Below are positions 16,352 through 24,512 of a stretch of 32,000 nucleotides of DNA, in pieces. Made by a program: the position numbers and the translations under genes. Origin of the DNA: Opitutales bacterium (GTDB taxonomy: Bacteria > Verrucomicrobiota > Verrucomicrobiia > Opitutales > PNEW01); NCBI GenBank assembly GCA_965219535.1, contig CBDCNV010000001.1:60001-92000 (forward strand), read 5' to 3'. Below the pieces are notes generated by a model. That model had not been told where the DNA came from. It saw nothing but the letters and a program-made list of their open reading frames with translations, and made no database searches. How positions within the stretch are numbered: position 1 is the stretch's first letter; each line of letters begins with the position of its first letter.

Positions 16352-17695
16352 TGATCGGACCCCGTTTTTCGTACCAATTTAAGTGAGAGAGTTACCGGGT
16401 GTTAATGGTTTTAGGATTGATGTATATGAGAGATCTTGGCGAAGTGAGGGCGTAGCCCGAACGCGGCCAAGATCGGAAAGGAATCTGACAAACTCTTGTG
16501 GGCTTTTGAAGCCTAAACGACTGTGGGGATGTTCATGGTTATAGGTCTGACGCCATTGTTCGATTACCACTTGCGCTTCAGCCACGCTGAGCAACACTTC
16601 ACGGTTCAAACACTCATCGCGTAAGCGGTTGTGAAACGACTCGATGAAACCGTTTTGCCAGGGACTGCCCGGATCGATATAGATCGCCTTTATGTTATTA
16701 CCGGACAACCACTGCTGCACTTGATGAGCAATGAACTCACTGCCGTTGTCACTACGGATATAGCTGGGAGGTCCCTCCTCTTCAATGGCCTCGCTAAGCA
16801 CAGAGAGGACATCGGTTGAGGTGAGTTGACGAGCGACCCGGATATCCAGGCATTTACGCGTATATGTCTTCGCTTCGCTTGAGTGTCGTCGCTTTCAGCT
16901 CCTCGGTACATCGATTAGAGTCATCATCTTTAATGGACCGCCGTTGTCTGTACGATCATGGACAAAGTCCCAGGACCAAACGTGATTGCGACCCTTTGCT
17001 TTAGTAGGTGACCCCGTAGAGACTCCTTGACGGTGTCTGCCCTTTTTCGGGGGCTTTACCTGCAGCCCTTCTGAACGTCGTACCGCCTGGACAAACTTCC
17101 TGCTTGTTGTCCAGCCTTCCTTTACCAGCAAGGCACGGATGCGCCGGTAACCGTAGCGGGGATGTTTCCAGGACAAGCTCACAATCCGCTCGACCAACCG
17201 CTGAGCTTTCTCACTGGCCTGTTTGGGCCGGTAACTGAACGTTGACCAACTCAGGCTGAGATAAGCACAAGCCCTCCGCAACGAGCACAACCCTTTCTCA
17301 GCCGCAGCTTTTACTACTCGTTTCTTCTGCTTTGGGCTCACCATTTTTTTGACAGCGTTTCCTCCATTACCTGATTCTTGAGCATTTGATCTGCGAGCAG
17401 CTTCTTCAGCTCGGTATGTCAGGCCTTCTCGCTTGCGCTCGTGAATTCTTTTTCCAGCTCTTTAAATCGCTTCGCATCGGCAAGTTCTAAATTGCCATAT
17501 TTTTACGCCAGCGATAGAAAGTCTGTTCGCTCAGGTTGTTTCCACGGCAGATTTCCTGTACCGTTTTACCGGTATCGGCTTGCCGCAATATTGTTATAAT
17601 CTGTTCTGTTGTGTATCTTTTTCTTTTCATTGAGGTTATCTGTTTATCCCGATAACCTCTCTCTGTAAATGATACGATTTTTGGGGGTCACTCCA
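16352..17695 (-). mobile_element. IS3-family element copy D, full length minus 1 nt (1344 bp)
   Basis: IRR starts at 16352; IRL ends at 17695. The T6 run seen in copy A (ccatattttttacgcc) is T5 here (17498-17502 region), which frameshifts orfA. Confidence 0.95.
16379..17630 (-). pseudogene. Transposase orfA/orfB of copy D (both TGAs plus an extra 1-nt deletion in orfA)
   Basis: ORF-track 16895..17344 and 16379..16801 are identical to copy B. The 70-aa orfA ORF is absent from the track for this copy. Confidence 0.85.
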
Positions 17696-17904
17696 GTACC
17701 ATTTTCTCTGATATAATGGATTTTCCATGCCTGAACTTTCTCCGGTTTAATTTTATCTAACTTAACGGATTCCACCTTAGTTAGCCAATTTTGATAACCT
17801 CCGTTTTTATAATCGTGGTTTCTTTTATCTGAGGGAATATTCATAATACCCGCTACTAATGTTCTAAATTTTATAATATAGCATGATCGCTCAAGCTTTT
17901 GGAA
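17696..17904 (-). pseudogene. Fragment of a second tyrosine-integrase paralog (N-terminal SAM-like region), cut by IS copy D
   Basis: ..KLERSCYIIKFRTLVAGIMNIPSDKRNHDYKNGGYQNWLTKVESVKLDKIKPEKVQAWKIHYIRENGT aligns with ..TLKEYAKYLRQIVAEIHGIKGEKEKHDYVKGGRQKWLSKIESVKISKITPEKVQQWKVAYIAKAGK of the intact integrase. It ends at IRL 17695. Confidence 0.75.
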
Positions 17905-18342
17905 CTAGGTCTCCTTTAGATTCTTTAATATTTATAAAGCTTCCAACACCAATTTTAGCTGCTATGTCATCATACTTTTCTTAAAAAGTTTTTATTGTAG
18001 AACCCATTCCTAGCCAATTTGTCTTAAATTGAACAAGCTCTTTGAAAAGGGGAGGATTTTTTACATAACTATTTAGAATATCTATTGTTGATTCAGTGAA
18101 TACTAGAAGCCTACTAACGGCTTCTTGTGATTGTGCGTCTTTAGATGATCGAGACATATATCATAATAGCTTTTAAGTGCATTAAAATCATTTTCAATTT
18201 CGTTTATTAGATCACTGTCCCCCTTATTTTCCATAAGAATAATCTTTAATGGATTTTTTAGGGACCGGAAATAACAAATTTAATTAACCTTAAAAACTAG
18301 CTTATTGGTAAAGTTTTTACCTTAGAATGATGCTTATGAATT

Positions 18343-19707
18343 TTAGCTGCTTCTCTTTTTACTGGTCTTTACCAATTCTATTGGCTCCTTTTTTAACAAA
18401 AATCCTAATCCTGCTGTTACACGTCTTTTGCTATCAAGATAATGTCTTTCTGTAACTTGGGTACTGGAATGTCGGAGAGCACGGCTTGCTTCAAATATAC
18501 CAGCTTGGGCGTTGATTAATGAACCGAATTCTTTCCGCAAGCTGTGTAGAGGATTTCTAGCAGTTATACCTTTAGAGCGAAGCCATTGGTTCAAGGCTTT
18601 GAAATTCTTGTCACATCGGTAGTGCGAGTAATCCGAATCTATATTTGGCTCGACTTCGGAATTGATTACAAAACTAACATTTGAATGCGGATAATATCCT
18701 CTTAATATATCCATCAATTCAGGATCTACTTCTACCTCTCCAACCGAATCCTCACTTTTTGGTTGAAAATAACGGGTCGTCTTAATGGTAATTACTTTGT
18801 TGTCAAAATCTATAGCGCTCCATTCGAGTTTATCAATTTCGTTTCGTCTCAATCCAGCTAGGAGAGCGAGCAAAAGGGTTTTGAATTGGTCGGGTTTAGT
18901 TTCTGACAATTCATTACGTGCCATGACCAAAAGTAATTCTGGATCAATCTCAGAGTGAAAACGATGGGAGCCTTCTTTTTCAAATTCGATATCGTCGAAG
19001 GGGAATGGTCTTGGTAATTCTAATTCTATAAAGCGAAGAACCTTTTTAGAAAATAGTGATTTCGCATTGCGAATGATTTTATTGACAGTTGCCTTGGCAG
19101 ACTCCTGTTTCATAGGATCTTTTCCAGCTTTCGCAATATACGCGACCTTCCATTGCTGGACTTTCTCAGGAGTAATTTTTGATATCTTGACCGATTCAAT
19201 TTTACTTAGCCATTTTTGTCTCCCTCCTTTTACATAATCATGTTTTTCTTTTTCGCCTTTAATACCGTGAATTTCCGCAACGATTTGCCTTAAATATTTA
19301 GCGTATTCTTTTAATGTCTTATCCTTGATACCAGCTTTTGCCTTAATCTCGGCTAATAAATCTCCTACAGTGCAATCGATCTTTTTCGATTTAAAATCAT
19401 CTTGAGGTTTAAATTTATCGTTTGTTGCATCCCAACCGTTAGCTATTAAATAAAAATAAATATCGCGGGCCTTATTTGCTGCCGCAGCTTTGTTCGTTGT
19501 ACGTAAATTAATGAATCGTTGTTTACCTGCATGAGATACTCTCATCTGCCAATCCGGTATTTCCAGCTTTTGGCCTTGCCTGATGTAATATCGTTTAACT
19601 AGTCTACGTTTCCAAAATCCAATATGAGCTTTGGATTGTCCTGATTGCTGATCTATTTCTGATCTACTATTTTTGTGCTTAACTGTTGTTAACTGTTCTA
19701 AAATCAT
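18343..19707 (-). CDS. Tyrosine-type site-specific integrase
   Basis: Catalytic residues in the expected order: ..LAGLRRNEI.. (R), ..HSLRKEFGS.. (HxxR), ..ALRHSSTQVTERHYLD (H..Y). Long N-terminal arm/SAM-like region. AT-rich. Confidence 0.9.
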   Translation of the reverse strand: MILEQLTTVKHKNSRSEIDQQSGQSKAHIGFWKRRLVKRYYIRQGQKLEIPDWQMRVSHAGKQRFINLRTTNKAAAANKARDIYFYLIANGWDATNDKFKPQDDFKSKKIDCTVGDLLAEIKAKAGIKDKTLKEYAKYLRQIVAEIHGIKGEKEKHDYVKGGRQKWLSKIESVKISKITPEKVQQWKVAYIAKAGKDPMKQESAKATVNKIIRNAKSLFSKKVLRFIELELPRPFPFDDIEFEKEGSHRFHSEIDPELLLVMARNELSETKPDQFKTLLLALLAGLRRNEIDKLEWSAIDFDNKVITIKTTRYFQPKSEDSVGEVEVDPELMDILRGYYPHSNVSFVINSEVEPNIDSDYSHYRCDKNFKALNQWLRSKGITARNPLHSLRKEFGSLINAQAGIFEASRALRHSSTQVTERHYLDSKRRVTAGLGFLLKKEPIELVKTSKKRSS

Positions 19708-19795
19708 CTCTTATAAATTGCATAAATGTAATATAAGTAATTGTATAACAAACACATTATACAACACTTCGCAACAATTGCAAGCACTATAACTA

Positions 19796-19845
<50 letters not shown>

Positions 19846-19893
19846 TTATAGATCAACGGCTTAGATATATTTAATATTTCTTAAATATTTATG

Positions 19894-19915
19894 CTTGGCC
19901 ATTACTTGGCCATTA
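19894..19915 (+). repeat. Exact tandem duplication of the 11-mer CTTGGCCATTA
   Basis: 19894-19904 and 19905-19915 are identical. It lies 49 bp beyond the tRNA fragment. Confidence 0.9.
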
Positions 19916-20028
19916 ATCCTCTATTAATGCATAAATTTGACTTTTTATCATTCTTACACCCCCACCGACAAAACCGTCAAAACACCCAAAACTATTAAGG
20001 AGATAAAATAGCCTGGGGATATATTCTG

Positions 20029-20220
20029 CTACTCCTCGTCGTCAATACCCCCAAAACTGCTATTCAGCAGGATCTTTACACCTTTCTGGACATAAAGCGT
20101 ATTGTGAGTTACGTAAAAGGGCATTTCCTGCAATTTAATGCACTTAACTGCTAATAAGTAGTCGATGACCTGCACCATCCCATCCCCAGCCCTAATGGGG
20201 GAGGGGGTGGATAAAGACAA
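20029..20220 (-). CDS. Hypothetical small protein (63 aa)
   Basis: ORF only; no recognisable motif; AT-rich context. Confidence 0.2.
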   Translation of the reverse strand: MSLSTPSPIRAGDGMVQVIDYLLAVKCIKLQEMPFYVTHNTLYVQKGVKILLNSSFGGIDDEE

Positions 20221-20403
20221 CCAGTTGTCTTCAAAGGTATAATATATCAGGTCGAAATAAGTATGCCCTTTTTTAGAAGTATCACCTCTTTTGAATAGAG
20301 TGTGTGGTATATATGTTATATTTTATGTGCCAGTTAGAACGCCGGGTATCAGCGGCGGCGATTAGCCGTCCACCTGCATGCCCTTGTTGGCCATTGGGGC
20401 GCT

Positions 20404-21558
20404 TCACGTTAGCCACCAGTGGTGAATGTTGGTCTTGTGCTTCTCGTATGCGTGAGATGCCTGAACCAATAGTCGCTCGCCCGTCCTTCCGTCCGGGGCG
20501 TGGACAAGCAAGTTGTTTGAGTACGCTCCGGCGCCCGCGGTCCGCATCTGCAGGTACTTCCCTTCATCCCAGTGGATGCCGTCGCGAGAGGTGTAGAGAA
20601 CGAAGTGCCCCTGAATTTCATCATCTCCCTTGCTGCCGCTGCGCCCGTGCATCACGAAGCCATCCTTGAACGCGACCATCTGCGGATTACGGATCTGTTT
20701 GGCGAAAAACGCCGTTTGCGGCTCACCCCAAGTCTGTCCGGCATCACGGCTGATCACATAGTCGAGGTGCTTTTCATCTGTCTGGTGATAGACATAGGCG
20801 CTCAGTCCGGTGACCGGCAGAAACACCAGTGCGCCATATCCGCGTTGCATAAACTCGAACGGCAGCACGCTACGACGGGTGAAAGTACGGCCCTGGTCTT
20901 CGCTGACGTAGAGCGAATAATGGTGCTCAGGAAGATTGCCGTACCAGGCTATGCTGCTGTCGTTACATAGCTCGAGTACGTAGATGACGGCTTCGTGATA
21001 CAGGACATCCCAGATACGCCCGGGTTCGTCGCCCATGGGTTTTGCGTCCTCCCAGGTGCTACCGCCGTCGGAGCTGCGCAAGACGGTCGGTATCGCGAGC
21101 GGCTGCCAGGTGAAGTTCTTCTCCGCGATGTTCGCGCACTCCAGGCTAAACAGAAGAATGTCGCCATCGTCCGTGCATACCGCCTTCTCACACATTACGG
21201 AGCGGCCCGTGCCGGCTTCGTACACCCGCTTGGAGTACTCAAGCGGAGCGGGTTTGCTCCAAGTACGACCGCCGTCCTCGGAGCGCTTGTATTCCATCCA
21301 CCCGTCTCCGGTATGGCCGTCGTTCGCATCCGAACAGTTCGGGTAGAAGGCCAGTATCTTCCCTGGTGCATATTCGACAAGCGCATGCCCCAAATGTCCA
21401 CTGCGCCCCGTCTGAGAGTGATCCATGAAAAGTATGCCGTCGTTTGGTGGGTTCGGCGGAGTGATGTCGAAGGGATATGCGTCGGTGTTTTTGGTATTCA
21501 TCGGTATTTGCTTTCCTTGTAGTTCGCTTGTCCACAAACGGATCAAAGTCTCGGCCAT
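20404..21558 (-). CDS. BNR/Asp-box repeat, sialidase-like (exo-alpha-sialidase fold) protein
   Basis: Five Asp-boxes: SEDGGRTWS, SSDGGSTWE, SEDQGRTFT, SRDAGQTWG, SRDGIHWD. An alternative start ATG at 21501 (MNTKNTDAYPF) is preceded by AAGGAAAG. No signal peptide. Markedly GC-rich. Confidence 0.85.
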   Translation of the reverse strand: MAETLIRLWTSELQGKQIPMNTKNTDAYPFDITPPNPPNDGILFMDHSQTGRSGHLGHALVEYAPGKILAFYPNCSDANDGHTGDGWMEYKRSEDGGRTWSKPAPLEYSKRVYEAGTGRSVMCEKAVCTDDGDILLFSLECANIAEKNFTWQPLAIPTVLRSSDGGSTWEDAKPMGDEPGRIWDVLYHEAVIYVLELCNDSSIAWYGNLPEHHYSLYVSEDQGRTFTRRSVLPFEFMQRGYGALVFLPVTGLSAYVYHQTDEKHLDYVISRDAGQTWGEPQTAFFAKQIRNPQMVAFKDGFVMHGRSGSKGDDEIQGHFVLYTSRDGIHWDEGKYLQMRTAGAGAYSNNLLVHAPDGRTGERLLVQASHAYEKHKTNIHHWWLT

Positions 21559-21590
21559 GCGTCAACAATAGCATATATACTATAAGCAAG

Positions 21591-22494
21591 CTACGGCAGG
21601 TTCCGCAGGTGGTGGTCAAACCACTTCACTGAAGGCGTAAAATAGTCTGGAATACTCGGACCATCCGAAACGGAGAAGCCGTGGTTTCCACCATGGATCC
21701 TAATCAGTTCAACGGTCACGCCAGCCTTTTTAAGCTCCTCTTGAAAAAGCTCACTTTGACGGAATAGAACAACCTTGTCTGCATCTCCATGTATTAAGAG
21801 GAATGGAGGATCGTCCTGCGATACGTGGGACTTTGGTGAAGCCTCACGGTACAAGGCGAACTCTTCTGAATCTTCCCCTGGATACAGCCTAGTTCCAAGA
21901 AACGATCCCGTCGCTATACGTTGATTCGTTCTGGCTCTGTATACGAAATCAGTTGGTGGATATAGAGCGACGACAGCTTGAACCTTTGAACTCTGGTGTT
22001 CAATCGGGCTGGGATCTTTCGGATTTCCTTCACCATCGAGGACACCTAACATGCTCACCCGATGAGCCCCCAGTTGCTCCAATCTTATCCGGAACAATTT
22101 TGAAACGGGCAGCATGATATCGAATGAAACGAAGGGCACGTTGCGCATCCTCAACAGCAGCAGGATAGCGGAACCTTGGCGCAGCTCGATGATTGATTGA
22201 GAACAGTGTATAGCCGGCATCTAAGAAAGCTTTAGCCCCCAGCTGAGATCGCTCGACGCCTTGCTTCAATGGTTTTGCATCAAGACTTAGTGGTGCGTGC
22301 CAACCGCTTCCTGTAATGAAGATTATGCCGTAACCGTTCGGTTCAGAGGGATAGTGAACATCCATCAGGAGTGCCAAGCCAGAGTACATGCCATACACAA
22401 CGTTCGACTCAACTCTCGCTTGTGCCTGTAGCGTTTGAGGTATCAATAGGAGAATAAATACTGTCGTGAAATGATAGGATGCTCTTAGTACCAT
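21591..22494 (-). pseudogene. Secreted alpha/beta-hydrolase (esterase/peptidase S9-like), frameshifted just after the nucleophile motif
   Basis: The N-terminal ORF (22030..22509) ends ..IGATGGSSGEHVRCPRW*. The downstream frame (21591..22220) continues ..AHRVSMLGVLDG....PPFLLIHGDADKVV..HGGNHGF. The frame change is near 22055-22060. Signal peptide from ATG 22494. Confidence 0.8.
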
Positions 22495-22571
22495 GGTTAT
22501 ATTAGGCAAACATTACCCCTTTTAAATATTTCCTCAATCAATCGATGCTTTCTTTATTCTTATAAACTCAC

Positions 22572-24308
22572 TCACTCCTCTAACCCCATCTTTTGCAGAA
22601 GCGCAATGAATCGCGGCTCTGATCGAAGGAAGTCAAATCTGGGAGCGACCTTCAAATATCCTATATGTGTATATTGCTTCTCTTTGTAAACCTGTTCGAT
22701 TAATGCTAAAGTCTTTTCCTTCTGCCCTAATTGGGCGTAAAGAAAAACAGCCCAACGGTGTTTTTCAGCAAATTTTTCCAATTCTGGTGGAGGAGTTACA
22801 GATTCACCTGTCCGAGCATACTTTTCTGCGAGTGATGACCATAGTATAAACAATTCTTTATCGATATCTGTAAGTTCAGCCGAACGACCATATGCTCGTG
22901 TAGCATCCTCATACTTCCCCAAATAGAAATACGCATTTCCCAGCTGAACCCATGCACTAGCGTAGTTCGAGTTTAGCGCCAACGTTCTTTCATACTGTTG
23001 AATTGCTTTGTCATACTGTCGTGCAAAATAATATGCTATCCCAAGATGCAAGTTTTAGAAGAGTGAAAAGGGCTCCAGCTCAAGCAACTTTATTCCTTCA
23101 GCGATTGCCTCTTCCGTGCGTCCAGTAAACATTAACAAGAATGAATATCTGTAACGTGCTGGTGCATACTTTGGATCGAGTTTTATAGCGTGCCGAAAAT
23201 ACCGTTCAGCACCAGTAAAGTCTAAGTAGGCATTCTGCCTAACAAACCCCATAGAAGTTTGAGCTTCTGCAAGGTTCGGATCTATCGCCAGTGCTTTTTT
23301 TGCCGCCTCTTCCGCACGTGCTAATGTATCAACTATTCTGATATCATAGAGGTAAGCAGGGAGAACAAGGTTTACGTCCGCGAGGCCAGAGTATGCGAGC
23401 GCGTAATTAGGATCCAAGGAAATGGCCACCTTGAAGTGTTTCATCGCAGCCATTAAATCTTTTTTGCTCTGCTCTCCTGGAGAGAACCCCCGCCGTTTGT
23501 TCCAATGATAACGACCTAAAAGGTATTCGTTGTAGGCTTCGATGTTCTCCGTATAGGTCTGGACTAAAGGAGCACCCTCTTCACCCATGAGTTCAATATG
23601 AAGCGCGCCTGCTATTGCCTTTGAGATTTCATCCTGGATAGCAAAGACGTTTTTAAATTCCCTGTTGTAAGTTTGTGACCATATATGGAAACCATCAGCA
23701 ACATTTATTAGCTGTGCAGTAATACGAAGATCGTTACCTGCTTTACGCACGCTACCCTCAAGCACCGTAGCAACGTTCAGCTGCTCACCTATCGTGGAAA
23801 TATCTAATCCTTCTCCCTTGAACCTGAAGGATGAGGTTCTCGCGGCAACACGCAGTCCCTTAACTTGGGTAAATGAATTTATGAGTTCTTCCGCCATCCC
23901 CTCACAGAAGTATTCCTGATCTTTTGCGGGACTCATGTCGTGAAATGGCAACACAGCGATAGACTTTATCGCAGACTCAGGTTCCAGATCAGGCTCAGGT
24001 GCATCTCTTAATATAAAATACCCGATGACAGATGTGGATAAGAGGACCAAAGCGAATAGGCCTCCAATGGCTGTGTTCTTCCATGTTAATATCTTATGCC
24101 GACGGGATTTATCCGCTGTGTCATCAGGATCAGTTTGTTTAGGTATCACCCCTTCCTGGACGAAAGCTGTTGCTACAACTATGGGGAAACCTACTAAGAG
24201 CATTACTAACGCCAATACTGGAATCCACTCGGGTAAACCGAGAATGTCGGTTAACAAATAGACGACCTGCAATACAATCCAACCACCAATAATGTAGATC
24301 CCTATCAC
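22572..24308 (-). pseudogene. Membrane-anchored TolB-N-like + TPR-repeat protein with one in-frame TAA (23055-23057) and no canonical start for its conserved N-terminus
   Basis: ORFs 23055..24308 and 22572..23051 are in the same frame, separated by a single TAA (..LEPFSLF*NLHLGIAYYF..). TPR motifs lie on both sides of the stop. Confidence 0.7.
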
Positions 24309-24512
24309 CTGCCAAAGTGAACGTCGATGAATCTCGTGGATAAGCTGGACACGGCGAATGCTTGTTAGGAAACAAGGCCTTCAGCCTGAAGTTTTTGCAA
24401 TTAACTGTAAAGGATGAAGCAATAGACTGGGTGAGTGCCCTTTCTCACCTAACCATTCTCGAGCACTGACGAGTGCTGAGAGCGTTTTGATGGGCTGGGG
24501 TATACTTAGTAA

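Noticed and set aside
17905-18342. Broken minus-strand frames downstream of the integrase, including a 58-aa ORF (MSRSSKDAQSQEAVSRLLVFTESTIDILNSYVKNPPLFKELVQFKTNWLGMGSTIKTF) followed in frame by a stop and 29 more codons
   Set aside because: No recognisable family. Similarity to the integrase N-terminus is too weak to call. Possibly a decayed island gene, but not supportable as a feature.
20304-21619. Numerous overlapping ORFs of 60-175 aa on both strands across the BNR gene (e.g. 20304..20669, 20572..20970, 20995..21522, 21239..21619)
   Set aside because: They lie in a ~60% G+C segment where stop codons are rare in all frames. Their products are Arg/Pro/Ala-rich with no motifs. The Asp-box ORF 20404..21558 explains the region.
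24462-24477. Hairpin AGCACT-GACG-AGTGCT downstream of the Ig-like protein gene, as an intrinsic terminator
   Set aside because: The stem is only 6 bp and there is no T-run on the transcribed (minus) strand after it.
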